The position numbers were made by a program, and so were the translations under genes. A stretch of 64,000 bases of DNA from the NCBI GenBank assembly GCA_903888485.1, contig CAISTS010000057.1, positions 9,202-73,201 of the forward strand. The letters are read 5' to 3'. Positions 28,175 to 38,974 of this stretch are shown here, piece by piece. A model generated the notes under the pieces. It searched no databases. It was given only the letters and a program-made list of their open reading frames with translations, and was not told the origin of the DNA. This DNA is from an uncultured bacterium (GTDB lineage: Bacteria; Pseudomonadota; Alphaproteobacteria; Rhodospirillales; Rhodospirillaceae). Numbering within the stretch: the first letter of the stretch is position 1; every line of letters starts with the position of its first letter.

Positions 28175-28394
28175 GGATGGTGCGAATTACGTCCCAACGG
28201 CCGCGGGGGCCGACCTCTAAGTGTAAGGCGCGCAAAGGATAAGCCCTTCTTAAGGCCTGTCCAGGCGGTTTCGGGAGGACCTTCGCGTAAGCTTTGGTGA
28301 CAAGGGCGTGATCGCACATATTGCGGTGCGGCATTGGCAACGCGCCGCGCTTTCCGCGTAATGTTTAACTGGCCCGTTCCAAGGGAATTTACCC

Positions 28395-28835
28395 GTGAAA
28401 ATCTTTGCCTTATTTCTCGTTCTCCTTGCCGCGTCTCACAGTGCGGAATCCGCCGAACTCAAATACACGGATATGATCGGCACCTGGCGGGTGGCGCGGG
28501 TGACGGTCAACAGCGACGGTATGCAGGCGCTGCAGGACGATGACCCAGCTTACATGGGCGCCGTGGTGCAATTCAGCGCGGACAAGATTGTTTGGCTGAA
28601 GGGGACCGATAAGCGCCCCATCGACGCGGAAAACGACAATTGCAGCGCCGCGCCGCGGCTATCGCCCGCAACGGCACGTAATACCGAGACGGTATTTCAG
28701 GTAGATGGTGGATTTAACGTCATTTGCGGCAGTTACGGCTGGGGGCCGACCGCCGTGCTGCTGCCCGATTCAGGCGGAACCGTGTTGCTGTATTGGTACG
28801 ACAACGGCATCCTGACCTTGAAGCGAGAGCCGTGA
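28395..28835 (+). CDS. secreted hypothetical protein
   Basis: GTG start and signal peptide MKIFALFLVLLAASHSAES. No family recognised. Confidence 0.5.
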   Translation: MKIFALFLVLLAASHSAESAELKYTDMIGTWRVARVTVNSDGMQALQDDDPAYMGAVVQFSADKIVWLKGTDKRPIDAENDNCSAAPRLSPATARNTETVFQVDGGFNVICGSYGWGPTAVLLPDSGGTVLLYWYDNGILTLKREP

Positions 28836-28842
28836 GAGAGAA

Positions 28843-28919
28843 TGGCGCGCCCGGAAAGACTCGAACTTCCAACCTTCTGATTCGTAGTCAGATGCTCTAT
28901 CCAATTGAGCTACGGGCGC
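28843..28919 (-). tRNA. tRNA-Arg (anticodon ACG)
   Basis: The minus strand reads GCGCCCGTAGCTCAATTGGATAGAGCATCTGACTACGAATCAGAAGGTTGGAAGTTCGAGTCTTTCCGGGCGCGCCA. It has a 7-bp acceptor stem, anticodon loop CT-ACG-AA, T-loop GGTTCGAG-like sequence and encoded CCA. Confidence 0.95.
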
Positions 28920-29332
28920 GCATTGTGGGTGCGGCTGAAACGCAAGAAGCCGCCCCGGGGACCCATCCGACTGAAAAACCGCGTCTTCCGGTCCGTTTGG
29001 GGAGGCTTGGGATACTAAGATCACCCGGGCGATGCAAGGAAAACAATTGGCCGTAAGGCAGGCCGAAGCGGCGGTTGCGGCGTCTGGCGACTTGTTCTAG
29101 GGGAAACCATTGAGTAAAGTCGTCGCAGACAGGTGTGTTCGTAAAATTTGAGTGACGCCAAGCCTTTGGGGGCGAATTCTAAGGCTTTGTTTTCGGGGCA
29201 GACCGGACATCGGCGAAGCGCTTGCGCATCGGGCAGGTCCGGGTAGTGGGAAATGTGAGTGTAGGGATGCAGGTACAGGGGCTGTCCGACCAACTCCGGG
29301 GGCATGGCGCTGATATTTCGCGCCGCAAGCAT

Positions 29333-30418
29333 TTGGGTCACCGGGAAATAACTAGCCGCGCATGGCCAAGGCCCCTTGGCATCATTGCCGTGGCCCTGGC
29401 CCTGACCGCCTGCTCGACCATGGACGGCCTCGGCTTCCCGCCGGCGAGCGCCGCCGAACCGCAATCCACGGTCCAAACCGCCGCCGCCGACGTGCAGACC
29501 TCGCCGGTCGCGCCGACCAACAGCAAATTCGGCCCCACCGCCGTCGGACAAAAGGCCGCCCAGCTGCGCACCGATTTCGACAAGCTGCGCACCAACACCC
29601 AGACTCGCAGCCAGCAGCTCGAGACGATCCGCAATCAGACGGTCTCGAACGTCAATTCCTATCACAGCCGCGTCGGCGCCATTCGCTCGCGCCTGCAGAT
29701 GGGATCGACTCCCGGCAATCCCGAACTGCTCGCCGAGTGGAACCAGGCGCAATCGCAGCTGACGCAGATCGACGCCGACATCGCGACGCTGAACCAACTG
29801 TCCGCGGCCGTCTCCAGCGACGCCGGCCAGTCGGCTTTCATCCTCGAGAACATCCGCGCCGCTTACGGCCTCTCGGGCGCGCTCGAAGAAGATCACCGCC
29901 AGCTGCGCGTGCTGGAGGATGAGGTCAATCAGAACGCCATCGTCATCGATCGCGCACTGCTCAACCTCAACGATGAGATTTCGCGCCAGCAGCAGTACGT
30001 CACCGACGAGCGCACCTCGCTGGTCCAGCTCGCCGCAGACATCAACACCGGACACTCCTACGCTAGCAGCACGCCGCGCCGTACCGTCAGCGCCGCGCCG
30101 CGCGCCGTGGCTTCGGTGACTCCTGCCTCCTTCGCCGATCGCCGCCCGCTGGTGGTGATCCGTTTCGACAAGCCCGATGTCGCTTATGAACCCGCGCTCT
30201 ATCAGGCCTTGAGCCGCGCGCTCGAGCGCCGTCCCGATGCGACCTTCGATCTGGTGGCCGTCTCGCCCAATGAGGCGGGTCAAGCCACCGCGCGCCGTGA
30301 AGCCGACAACGTCTTCAAGTCCATGACCAGCATGGGCCTGCCGGCGGATCGCGTCGCCATGGCCGCCATGGCGCAAGCCAGTGCGCAAACGCCGGAAGTC
30401 CACATCTACGTGCACTAA
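29333..30418 (+). CDS. coiled-coil lipoprotein, hypothetical (start uncertain: TTG 29333, ATG 29267, or frameshifted ATG 29362)
   Basis: The frame contains ...PLGIIAVALALTACSTMDG (lipobox LTAC), followed by Gln/Leu-rich coiled-coil-like sequence. Confidence 0.6.
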   Translation: MGHREITSRAWPRPLGIIAVALALTACSTMDGLGFPPASAAEPQSTVQTAAADVQTSPVAPTNSKFGPTAVGQKAAQLRTDFDKLRTNTQTRSQQLETIRNQTVSNVNSYHSRVGAIRSRLQMGSTPGNPELLAEWNQAQSQLTQIDADIATLNQLSAAVSSDAGQSAFILENIRAAYGLSGALEEDHRQLRVLEDEVNQNAIVIDRALLNLNDEISRQQQYVTDERTSLVQLAADINTGHSYASSTPRRTVSAAPRAVASVTPASFADRRPLVVIRFDKPDVAYEPALYQALSRALERRPDATFDLVAVSPNEAGQATARREADNVFKSMTSMGLPADRVAMAAMAQASAQTPEVHIYVH

Positions 30419-30442
30419 GCCGGCTTTCGGTTCTTCCTTAGA

Positions 30443-31306
30443 TCAGATCGCGATGTTGTCGATCAGTCGCGCGCGCCCAAGTTGGGCGGCGACCAGCACG
30501 CGTCCGGGCTCGCCTGGGTTCAGCCGCTGTAGCGTTTGCGCGTGGCGCGCTTCGACGTAGTCGACATTCTTGAAACCGGCTTTCAGTAATTCTTCGCGCG
30601 CCTTGGCGAGTGCGCCGGCGATGTCAGCCCCGCCAGCGATGGACTTCGCCGCGGCGGTGATGGCGCGGTGGAGCGCGGGCGCTGCTGCGCGTTCTTCGGC
30701 GGTGAGGTAAGCATTACGCGAGGACATGGCTAGGCCGTCGGCCTCGCGCACCGTCGGCGCGCCGATGATATCGACGGGGATGTTCAGGTCGCTCGTCAGG
30801 CGGCGAATGATGGCGAGTTGCTGATAGTCCTTCTCGCCGAACAGCGCGATGTCGGGCAGCGCCTGGAGCAGGAGTTTGGTCACCACCGTGGCAACGCCGT
30901 CGAAGTGACCGGCGCGATGTTCGCCGTCGAGAATGTCGCTGAGGCCGGCGACGCGCACGCTCGTGGCAAAGCCTTGCGGGTACATCGCACCGACATCGGG
31001 CGCGAACAGAAGGTGCACCCCGGCGGCGTTCAGCATTTCGAAGTCATCGTGCTCGCGCCGCGGATAAGCAGCGAAATCTTCATTCGGTCCAAATTGCTTC
31101 GGATTGACGAAGATAGTCGCGACGACGCGGTCGGCGAGCTTCTGCGCGTGCGCCATCAGGGTCAAATGGCCTTTGTGCAACGCGCCCATGGTCGGCACCA
31201 GCGCGACTGAGAGACCTTCGCGCCGCCATGACTGGATGCGCCGGCGCAGGCTATCGACGTCGCGTACCGCGACCAGCACACCGGGGGTGGGGCTCACCAC
31301 TTGCAT
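30443..31306 (-). CDS. panC: pantoate--beta-alanine ligase
   Basis: PTMGALHKGHLTL and FGEKDYQQ motifs. Confidence 0.92.
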   Translation of the reverse strand: MQVVSPTPGVLVAVRDVDSLRRRIQSWRREGLSVALVPTMGALHKGHLTLMAHAQKLADRVVATIFVNPKQFGPNEDFAAYPRREHDDFEMLNAAGVHLLFAPDVGAMYPQGFATSVRVAGLSDILDGEHRAGHFDGVATVVTKLLLQALPDIALFGEKDYQQLAIIRRLTSDLNIPVDIIGAPTVREADGLAMSSRNAYLTAEERAAAPALHRAITAAAKSIAGGADIAGALAKAREELLKAGFKNVDYVEARHAQTLQRLNPGEPGRVLVAAQLGRARLIDNIAI

Positions 31307-31309
31307 GGC

Positions 31310-32188
31310 CTACTTCTTTTTTGCGGGCTTCTTTGGCGCAGCCACGAAGCAGTGGTCCATCGTGGGGAACTTGCGCGCGCGCACATCGGCGGCATAGGCC
31401 GCGACCGCTTTGCTCACATCGCGTCCGACTTCGGCGTAGCGTTTGACGAACTTCGGTTTGAACTGATCGAATACGCCGGTGACGTCGTCGACCACCAGCA
31501 CCTGGCCGTCACAGGCCGGCGAAGCGCCTATGCCGATGGTCGGTACGGGCACAGCCTTTGTGATGGCGCGCGCCAGGGGCTCCAGCGTCTTTTCGATCAC
31601 CAGCGCAAAAACGCCGGCGTCGCTGACGGCCTTGGCGTCGTTCGTGATCTTCTTGGCTTCCGCCGCGGTGCGCCCCTGCGCGCGGTAGCCGCCGAATCTA
31701 TTGACCGACTGCGGCGTCAGGCCGACGTGGCCGACGACAGGAATGCCGCGGTCGATGAGAAAGGAAATGGTCTCGGCCATCTCGGCGCCGCCTTCGAGCT
31801 TCACGCCAGCACAGCCGGTTTCGGCCATGACCCGCGCCGCCGCGCGGTAGGCATCCGCTGGAGATGCCTGGTAAGAAGCGAACGGCATGTCGACGACGAC
31901 ACACGCACGTGCCGACGCGCGCACGACAGCTTTGCCGTGGGCGATCATCATATCGAGAGTCACCGCGAGCGTTGAGTCCATGCCGTAGACGGTCATGCCC
32001 AGCGAATCGCCGACGAGGATGCAATCGACGTACGGGTCCATGGCGCGCGCCGTCGGCGCCGAATAGGCGGTCAGCCACACCTGGGGATCGCCGCCTTTTC
32101 TCATGGAAAGGTCGCGCGTCGTCAGGCGCGTGGTCTTGGTTTTGTCGGCGGTTTGCGGTTCGGTGCTCACGTCGGCCCCTTTAGTCAC
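31310..32188 (-). CDS. panB: 3-methyl-2-oxobutanoate hydroxymethyltransferase
   Basis: [24 protein letters not shown] motifs. GTG start. Confidence 0.92.
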   Translation of the reverse strand: MTKGADVSTEPQTADKTKTTRLTTRDLSMRKGGDPQVWLTAYSAPTARAMDPYVDCILVGDSLGMTVYGMDSTLAVTLDMMIAHGKAVVRASARACVVVDMPFASYQASPADAYRAAARVMAETGCAGVKLEGGAEMAETISFLIDRGIPVVGHVGLTPQSVNRFGGYRAQGRTAAEAKKITNDAKAVSDAGVFALVIEKTLEPLARAITKAVPVPTIGIGASPACDGQVLVVDDVTGVFDQFKPKFVKRYAEVGRDVSKAVAAYAADVRARKFPTMDHCFVAAPKKPAKKK

Positions 32189-32264
32189 GCGCGCGGTAAT
32201 ACCACAGGACCGCGCCGATGGCAGCGATTAGAAGGACCATGCCGAGGATTTCGGAAAGACTCAA
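32181..32264 (-). CDS. possible 27-aa hydrophobic micro-protein
   Basis: TTG 32264 is preceded by GGAG with a 6-nt spacer. Reads (M)[26 protein letters not shown]. The stop overlaps the panB GTG (GTGACTAA). Confidence 0.25.
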   Translation of the reverse strand: MSLSEILGMVLLIAAIGAVLWYYRARD

Positions 32265-32297
32265 CGGCGGCTCCGGCGTTCCCAACGATGTGCGCTG

Positions 32298-33836
32298 TCA
32301 TAGCGGAAGACGTACGACAAAGCACGTACCCTGTGCTCCGGTCCACAGAAGCGTGATCTCGCCGCCCTGCACGCGCAGGAGCTCACGCGCGATGGGCAGC
32401 CCAAGGCCAAACCCGCCGGCGCGCGTGGAACCCGCGAACGGCACAAACAGATTGTCGCGCGCTTTCTGTAAAAGGCCGGGGCCATTGTCGACGATGTGGA
32501 TCGTCTGATAGCCGCCCTCTTCCATTGCCGTGAGGGTGATGCGCGCGGCGCCGGCCTCATCGGCATTGCGCAAGAGATTCTCGAAGGCGCGGTGTAACAG
32601 ATCGAGGTCGCCCATGAAGACCGCGTCCGTCGCAGCACGCGTTTCAATAGTGGACGTCTTGAGGATCGGCTGGATCGAATCCTTGAGATCGGCAAGCAGC
32701 GCGGCCGTGTGCAGGGGCGTTTTCTTCACGACCGGCAGGCCTTCCTTGGCGAACCTGAGCGTCGACGCCGACAGGCCGACGGCGCGGTCTAGCGCGCGCA
32801 CCATGCCAGCGGTCAGGCGTTTGACTTCCGGATCGGGAAGCGCTTCGAGACGCTCGGATTCGAGCATGGCGGTGGCGAGAAGGTTTTTCAGATCGTGCGA
32901 GATCTTGGTGACCGCCGTGCCGACGCCCGCGAGGCGCTCCTTCTGCAACAGCGCGCGGCGGAGTTCCTGCTGCATGGTTGCAAGCGTGCGCTCGGCGACG
33001 CCGGCCTCGTCGGCGCGCGCCGAGGGGCGGATGATGTTGCGCGGATCCTCGGGCGCTTTCTGGAAGCTGGTCATGCTGAGCGTGATCTTGCGCAAGGGCC
33101 GCACGGCCAGCCATTGGATCGAGCCGTAGACCAGCATCGCCGAGAGCAGCGAGATCAGCGCGCTCACAGTGAGCAGGCGGCCGGCATAGCCGATGAGTTC
33201 GGTGCGCAGCGGGCGCTCGTCGAACACCGCCTCCACCAGCACCGCCGGATTGGAGGGACTTTGCCCGGTGACAATCACGGCGTAGCCCTCGCGCCGGAAC
33301 ATGGTCTCGAAGGCGTTGACGACGTTGTCGCTAAACATCTCGCGGCGCAGGTCGTAAGCGATGGGAATGCGCGACGGGATCGCCGGACCGAATGTACGCG
33401 CCGGCAAATTGGGGCGGTGCACCGACATGCCGAGCAGACGTCCTTGGGACAGCAGGTTGTCGCGCAACTGCGGATCGATCTGACCGGTTTTCTGTGCGGC
33501 AACGTCGAGCGCGGTGAGAACCAGGTGCGCCGTGGCGAGCTTGTCGTTGAGGAAGCCCAGCCGGTAGCGCGCCACGCTCGGCGTGAAGAACACGACCTCG
33601 GCGATCATGACGAAAATGATCGTCAGCACCAGCAGCCGCGCCGACAGGCTGGAGAGGAATCGCCGCGGCGGCGCTGTCCGCGCCGCAGGCGCTTCCAAGG
33701 GGGCGGCCGTGTCCGCCCCGGCACTCAGCAGGGGATCGTCTCTGCGCGCATCGTCCATGAGGGCAAGTTTAGCGCCGCCGCCGTGCCCCGGTGAGCCGAA
33801 TCGGCGGCCCTTTCGGGGCTGAGCGCTGTTTTTCAA
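32298..33836 (-). CDS. membrane sensor histidine kinase (orphan, two TM helices)
   Basis: H-box TKISHDLKNLL, N-box LLRNADEA, G-boxes DNGPGL and GGFGLGL. An alternative start at ATG 33758 is possible. Confidence 0.85.
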   Translation of the reverse strand: MKNSAQPRKGRRFGSPGHGGGAKLALMDDARRDDPLLSAGADTAAPLEAPAARTAPPRRFLSSLSARLLVLTIIFVMIAEVVFFTPSVARYRLGFLNDKLATAHLVLTALDVAAQKTGQIDPQLRDNLLSQGRLLGMSVHRPNLPARTFGPAIPSRIPIAYDLRREMFSDNVVNAFETMFRREGYAVIVTGQSPSNPAVLVEAVFDERPLRTELIGYAGRLLTVSALISLLSAMLVYGSIQWLAVRPLRKITLSMTSFQKAPEDPRNIIRPSARADEAGVAERTLATMQQELRRALLQKERLAGVGTAVTKISHDLKNLLATAMLESERLEALPDPEVKRLTAGMVRALDRAVGLSASTLRFAKEGLPVVKKTPLHTAALLADLKDSIQPILKTSTIETRAATDAVFMGDLDLLHRAFENLLRNADEAGAARITLTAMEEGGYQTIHIVDNGPGLLQKARDNLFVPFAGSTRAGGFGLGLPIARELLRVQGGEITLLWTGAQGTCFVVRLPL

Positions 33837-33956
33837 CGATAATTTGCCTCAGCCGGGCAGCCATACGCCCGCAACCCGCCCGTCTGTGGCACATAAGGTA
33901 TTGATAAATAATAGATTTATGGCGCATTTTGGCGGCGATCCGCCGGGCCGGGACAT

Positions 33957-33985
33957 TTGACTTTGCCGGCACCCACCCTTATACA
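33957..33985 (+). promoter_or_regulatory. sigma-70-like promoter upstream of rpmH
   Basis: TTGACT (33957-33962), 17-nt spacer, TATACA (33980-33985), about 68 nt upstream of the rpmH start. Confidence 0.5.
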
Positions 33986-34052
33986 GCGCCCCTTGCAGCT
34001 GGCTGGAGTCTTCGGCGGCTGCGTGTCTTCATAAGAAACTGGAGTTGGTGAC

Positions 34053-34187
34053 GTGAAACGCACCTATCAGCCGAGCAAACTCGTGCGTAAGCGCCGTCAC
34101 GGCTTCCGTGCCCGCATGGCGACCGTTGGCGGCCGCAAGGTCATCGCCAATCGCCGCGCCAAAGGCCGTAAACGCCTGTCGGCCTAA
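34053..34187 (+). CDS. rpmH: 50S ribosomal protein L34
   Basis: From the GTG start: [44 protein letters not shown]. Below the ORF-track cut-off. Confidence 0.95.
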   Translation: MKRTYQPSKLVRKRRHGFRARMATVGGRKVIANRRAKGRKRLSA

Positions 34188-34249
34188 CGCGGGGACTGCT
34201 GCCCGCGCGTTTTTGCGCGCCTCGAGGCTCCACCACCGGATGGATCGCC

Positions 34250-34651
34250 ATGGCTGGGACACGGGAGCAAGCTTTGACTGAGCTGCCGTGCCAAAAGGGT
34301 CGCGGCCGCCTCTGGGCAACCCTGCCCGCGCGCTCTGACTTCCTGCGCCTGACGGCCAGCACACTGCGCCGCGCCACACCGGGTTTCGTCCTTCAAACCG
34401 CGCCGCGCGACACGGACACATCCGCGATGCGCATCGGCTTCACTGCCAGCCGCAAGGTCGGCAACGCCGTCGCGCGCAATCGTGCGAAACGCCGCCTGCG
34501 CGCCCTGGCCGACAAAGTCATGGCCGAGGCCGCGGACCCCGCACGCGACTATGTCTTCATCGGCCGTACCGAGACTCTGACGCGCGACTTCGCCCTTATG
34601 GAGCAGGACTTGCGCGCCGCTCTCAGGAAACTCATGCAGGCGAAGCCGTGA
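34250..34651 (+). CDS. rnpA: ribonuclease P protein component
   Basis: [24 protein letters not shown] motif and position after rpmH. Confidence 0.88.
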   Translation: MAGTREQALTELPCQKGRGRLWATLPARSDFLRLTASTLRRATPGFVLQTAPRDTDTSAMRIGFTASRKVGNAVARNRAKRRLRALADKVMAEAADPARDYVFIGRTETLTRDFALMEQDLRAALRKLMQAKP

Positions 34652-34950
34652 TGAACCTGCTCATGCAGCTCCCTGCTTTCGTTCTACGTGCGCTGATCAG
34701 GCTGTATCAGTTGTTCATCGCGCCGCTCTTGGGCCCGCGCTGCCGCTTCGCGCCGAGCTGCTCGGCCTACGCCGCCGAAGCCATCATGCGCCACGGCGCG
34801 CTGATGGGAAGCTGGCTTGCGGTAAAACGTATCGCCCGTTGCCATCCCTGGACCGACGGCGGTTTCGATCCCGTGCCAGACGTTAACTTGACGCGAGGTG
34901 CCGAGGCCCATAGGTCTTGCTGCCCGCACCACACAACCCCAGCCGAATAG
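34648..34950 (+). CDS. yidD: membrane protein insertion efficiency factor YidD
   Basis: [27 protein letters not shown]...RCHPW..GGFDPVP. ATGA overlap with rnpA. Confidence 0.9.
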   Translation: MMNLLMQLPAFVLRALIRLYQLFIAPLLGPRCRFAPSCSAYAAEAIMRHGALMGSWLAVKRIARCHPWTDGGFDPVPDVNLTRGAEAHRSCCPHHTTPAE

Positions 34951-34965
34951 TAGTTCCGCCCGCTC

Positions 34966-36699
34966 ATGGACAGCCGCAACACCATCATCGCTATTCTTGT
35001 CTCGATCGCCATTCTGCTGGGCTGGGATCTTTTTTTCGCGAAAAAAGTCGCCCCGCCGGTCGAGCAGCCCGCGGCCACAGCTGCGGCTCCCACCGCGCCC
35101 GGCGATCTCGCGCAGCCCGCGGTCGCCGCGCCCGCTGCCACCGCGCCAGCGGCTGACGCAGCGCCCGAAGCCGCGCCCGCCCCGCGCGTGCGCGTGACAA
35201 CACCGCATGTGCATGGCTCCATCGCGCTCACTGGCGCACGCCTCGACGACATCACGCTCGCGAATTACCGCGTCGGCCTCGATCCGACGACTCCTGAGAT
35301 CACACTGCTGGCGCCCGCCAATGCGCCCAAGCCGTCTTACGCCGAATGGGGTTGGCTCGCGTCCGATACCGGCGTCACCGTGCCGGGCCCGACGACGGTA
35401 TGGACGGCGGCCACGCCCGATCAGCCGCTCACGGACACGCAGCCTCTCGTGCTCACCTGGGACAACGGCCAGGGCCTTGTCTTCACGCGCACCATCCGCG
35501 CCGACAAGGAATACCTGTTCACCATCGAGCAGGGCGTCACCAACAATTCCGAGCGCGCGGTGAACCTCTATCCCTACAGCCTAGTGACGCGCCTCGATGG
35601 CTCGTCCGAGAGCGGCTTGGGCATGGCTTATCTCGGCCCCATCGGTGTCTTCGAGCAGCAACTCAAGGAAGTCAAATACGACGATCTGAAGGAAAAAGGC
35701 CGCCAGACGTTTGAATCCACCGCCGCCTGGATCGGCATCTCCGACCACTACTGGCTCACCGCCGTTGCCTTCGAGCCGACTGTCAAAGTGTCCGGCAGCT
35801 TTAACTATGCCAGTCCCAACGGGCGCGACCGCTTCCAGACCGACCTGCGCGCAGATCCCATCAGCGTCGCGCCGGGTGAGACCAAAACCACCAAGAGCTA
35901 CGTCTTTGCCGGCGCCAAGGAGCTGAACCTCCTCGACGAATACCGCGAGACGCTGGGCTTGCCGCTGTTCGACCGCGCTATCGACTTCGGCTGGTACTGG
36001 TTCCTCACCATTCCCTTCTTCCAGATCTTGCGTTTCTTGAACGCAGCGCTTGGCAATGTTGGCCTCGCCATCCTCGGGCTCGCGTTTATCGTGCGCCTGT
36101 TGATGTTCCCCATCGCCAACAAGCAGTTCAACACCATGAACAAGCTGAAGAAGCTGCAGCCGGAGATGAAGCGTCTTCAAGAGCGCTTCGCCAACGACCG
36201 CCCGAAGCTCAATCAGGAGCTGATGGATCTTTACAAGCGCGAGAAGGCCAACCCGCTCGCCGGCTGCCTGCCGATCCTCATCCAGATCCCGGTGTTCTAC
36301 GCGCTCTATAAAGTGCTGTCGGTGACCATCGAGATGCGCCACGCGCCGTTCTACGGTTGGATCCACGATCTCTCGGCGCCCGATCCGACCAGCGTGCTCA
36401 ACCTGTTCGGCCTCCTGCCCTTCCAGATCCCGGCGTTCCTGGCCTTCGTCAGCATCGGCGCGTGGCCGCTGCTCATGGGCATCACCATGTACATCCAGCA
36501 GAAGCTGAGCCCACAGCCGGCCGATCCGATGCAGGCGAAGATCATGATGTTGATGCCGATCATCATCACCTTCGTCCTCGCGCCCTACGCCGCGGGCCTA
36601 GTGATCTACTGGGCCTGGAGCAACACGCTTGGCATCTTGCAACAGTGGGTACTGCTCAAGCGCGGGGAACGCCAGGACGCTAAGGCCTCCACGTCCTGA
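34966..36699 (+). CDS. yidC: membrane protein insertase YidC
   Basis: 577 aa with an N-terminal TM, a large periplasmic domain, and the conserved C-terminal 5-TM core (NPLAGCLPILIQIPVFYALY). Confidence 0.93.
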   Translation: MDSRNTIIAILVSIAILLGWDLFFAKKVAPPVEQPAATAAAPTAPGDLAQPAVAAPAATAPAADAAPEAAPAPRVRVTTPHVHGSIALTGARLDDITLANYRVGLDPTTPEITLLAPANAPKPSYAEWGWLASDTGVTVPGPTTVWTAATPDQPLTDTQPLVLTWDNGQGLVFTRTIRADKEYLFTIEQGVTNNSERAVNLYPYSLVTRLDGSSESGLGMAYLGPIGVFEQQLKEVKYDDLKEKGRQTFESTAAWIGISDHYWLTAVAFEPTVKVSGSFNYASPNGRDRFQTDLRADPISVAPGETKTTKSYVFAGAKELNLLDEYRETLGLPLFDRAIDFGWYWFLTIPFFQILRFLNAALGNVGLAILGLAFIVRLLMFPIANKQFNTMNKLKKLQPEMKRLQERFANDRPKLNQELMDLYKREKANPLAGCLPILIQIPVFYALYKVLSVTIEMRHAPFYGWIHDLSAPDPTSVLNLFGLLPFQIPAFLAFVSIGAWPLLMGITMYIQQKLSPQPADPMQAKIMMLMPIIITFVLAPYAAGLVIYWAWSNTLGILQQWVLLKRGERQDAKASTS

Positions 36700-37352
36700 T
36701 GAGCACGCCGCTCAATCCGGAGTTCAAACCCGAGGTCATCGAGGCCGGCCGCTTACTGTTCGCGCAGAACTGCGAGTTCCAGCGCGGCGTTCTCAAGCTC
36801 GAGGACATGCCCGATGCGAGTTTTGCCGAGGTGACTTTTGCCGGGCGCTCCAACGTCGGCAAATCGAGCTTGATCAACGCGCTGACCGGCCGCAAGACCC
36901 TGGCCCGCGTATCGGTCACGCCGGGACGCACCCAGGAAATCAATTTCTTCGACTTAGGGCACCGGCTGATGCTGGCCGACTTGCCCGGCTACGGCTTCGC
37001 CCAGGCCCCCAAAGACAAGGTCGCGGCCTGGACCGACTTCATCAAGCTCTACCTCAAGGGCCGCCCGACCTTGCGCCGCGCCATGGTGCTGATCGATTCG
37101 CGCCACGGCCTGAAGGAGGTCGACCGCGAGATCATGGATCTGATGGACGATAGCGCCGTGAACTACCAGGTCATCATGACCAAAGCCGACAAAGTGAAGC
37201 CCGAGGCCCTGGCCGCTGCCCGCGCCGCCATCGGCCAGGAGCTCAAGGAACACGTCGCCGCCCACCCCGACATCCTGGTGACGAGCGCCGCCGACGGATT
37301 CGGCATCGCCGAGGTGCGAGCCGCCTTGTCAGAGCTGGCCTTACCAGAGTAG
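36699..37352 (+). CDS. engB: ribosome biogenesis GTP-binding protein YihA/YsxC
   Basis: G1 motif GRSNVGKSSLINAL, DLPGYG, TKADK. Confidence 0.9.
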   Translation: MSTPLNPEFKPEVIEAGRLLFAQNCEFQRGVLKLEDMPDASFAEVTFAGRSNVGKSSLINALTGRKTLARVSVTPGRTQEINFFDLGHRLMLADLPGYGFAQAPKDKVAAWTDFIKLYLKGRPTLRRAMVLIDSRHGLKEVDREIMDLMDDSAVNYQVIMTKADKVKPEALAAARAAIGQELKEHVAAHPDILVTSAADGFGIAEVRAALSELALPE

Positions 37353-37393
37353 GAAAAGTCCCTCCTTAGTCCCACCGGAGCACGCCGTCGTCC

Positions 37394-38299
37394 ATGCCCG
37401 CCGACAAAACCGATAACGACATTTGGCTCGAGAAGGCCGGCGTCTTGGCCGACGCCCTTCCGTTCATGCGTGAGCACTCCGGCGAGACCGTCTGCGTGAA
37501 GTACGGCGGCCACGCCATGGGCGACGAAAAGGTCGCCGAGCGCTTCGCGCGCGACATCGTCCTTTTGAAGCAGGTCGGCATCAATCCGATTGTCGTGCAC
37601 GGCGGTGGTCCCCAAATTGGCGCCATGCTCGACCGGCTGAAGATCAAAAGCGAGTTCATCGACGGCCTGCGCGTCACCGACGCCGCCACGGTGGAGATCG
37701 TCGAAATGGTGCTCTCGGGCTCGATCAACAAGCAGATCGTCTCGGCCATCAACAAGGCCGGCGGCTTTGCGGTCGGCATGTCGGGCAAGGACGGCAACCT
37801 GATCAAGGCGCGCAAGCTGCGCCGCTCGAAGAAGGATCCGGGCTCGAACATCGAGAAGATCCTGGACCTCGGCTTTGTCGGCGAGCCCGCGGAGATCAAT
37901 CCACACATCCTCGACACCTTCGAGGAGTCGGACATTATCCCCGTCATCGCGCCCATCGGCATCGGCCCCAATGGCGAGACCTTCAACATCAATGCCGACA
38001 CGGTCGCGGGCGCCATCGCCGGCGCGGCGGGCGCGGCGCGCCTGCTCATGCTTACCGACGTCGCCGGCGTGCTGGACGATACCGGCCGCCTAATCAAGGA
38101 AATGACGGTCGAACGCGCCAAGACCCTCATTCAGTCGGGCACCATCTCCGGCGGCATGATTCCCAAAGTGGAAACCTGCATGGAAGCGGTCGAACTCGGC
38201 GTCGAAGGCGCGGTGATCATCGACGGCCGCGTGCCCCATGCGGTGCTGCTCGAGCTGTTCACGCCCGGCGGCGCCGGCACACTTATCCGTGCCCGTTAA
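37394..38299 (+). CDS. argB: acetylglutamate kinase
   Basis: [25 protein letters not shown] motifs. Confidence 0.93.
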   Translation: MPADKTDNDIWLEKAGVLADALPFMREHSGETVCVKYGGHAMGDEKVAERFARDIVLLKQVGINPIVVHGGGPQIGAMLDRLKIKSEFIDGLRVTDAATVEIVEMVLSGSINKQIVSAINKAGGFAVGMSGKDGNLIKARKLRRSKKDPGSNIEKILDLGFVGEPAEINPHILDTFEESDIIPVIAPIGIGPNGETFNINADTVAGAIAGAAGAARLLMLTDVAGVLDDTGRLIKEMTVERAKTLIQSGTISGGMIPKVETCMEAVELGVEGAVIIDGRVPHAVLLELFTPGGAGTLIRAR

Positions 38300-38969
38300 G
38301 CCCACCGCTCTGGGCCACATCGAAGACTGGGTCTTCGACCTCGACAACACGCTTTATCCGGCCAGCGTCCATCTGTTCCCACAGATCGACCGACGCATGA
38401 AGGCGTTCATCTCGAATCTTCTGAAGATCCCGCTGGATGATGCGTTCAAGCTGCAGAAGCATTATTACTGGAAGTACGGCACGACGCTGCGCGGCCTGAT
38501 GCTCAACCACCACATCGAGCCCGACAATTTCCTCGAGTACGTGCACGATATCGATCACTCTGTCCTTGTACCCGATGCACGCCTCGACGCCGCTCTTGCG
38601 AAACTGCCGGGCCGTAAATTCATTTACACCAATGGCTCCGAGCGTCACGCCGTCAATGTGCTCGCGCGGCTGGGCGTCACGCACCACTTCACCGGCATCT
38701 TCGACATCACCGCCAGCCGCTATATCCCGAAACCCGAACCCACGCCCTACGCCGACCTCCTCGCGCGGCACGACATCACGGCGGCGCGCGCGGCGATGTT
38801 TGAAGACATCCACCGCAACCTCAAACCCGCGCATGGCCTAGGCATGACGACGGTGTGGCTGCGCCATCCCGAGAACCCCGCCAAGGACGGCGAGGACCTC
38901 AGCCACTGTCACTTCATCATCGATGATCTGATTGCCTGGCTGGAAGCGCAGACGCCGAAGGGCCAATAA
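38289..38969 (+). CDS. HAD-superfamily pyrimidine 5'-nucleotidase-like hydrolase
   Basis: HAD motif [11 protein letters not shown], motif II YTNGS. GTG 38289 preferred; the track start 38238 lies inside argB. Confidence 0.75.
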   Translation: MPVKPTALGHIEDWVFDLDNTLYPASVHLFPQIDRRMKAFISNLLKIPLDDAFKLQKHYYWKYGTTLRGLMLNHHIEPDNFLEYVHDIDHSVLVPDARLDAALAKLPGRKFIYTNGSERHAVNVLARLGVTHHFTGIFDITASRYIPKPEPTPYADLLARHDITAARAAMFEDIHRNLKPAHGLGMTTVWLRHPENPAKDGEDLSHCHFIIDDLIAWLEAQTPKGQ

Positions 38970-38974
38970 CCCCA

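Noticed and set aside
27629-29330. Possible genomic island integrated at tRNA-Arg
   Set aside because: There is no integrase, no phage or transposon genes, and no visible direct repeat of the tRNA 3' end. Flanking genes are small secreted proteins with the same GC-rich codon style.
33837-34052. Replication origin near rpmH-rnpA-yidC, suggested by the AT-rich patch TTGATAAATAATAGATTTAT
   Set aside because: There is no dnaA gene and no cluster of DnaA-box-like 9-mers. The patch is short and is better explained as divergent promoter DNA for the histidine kinase and rpmH.
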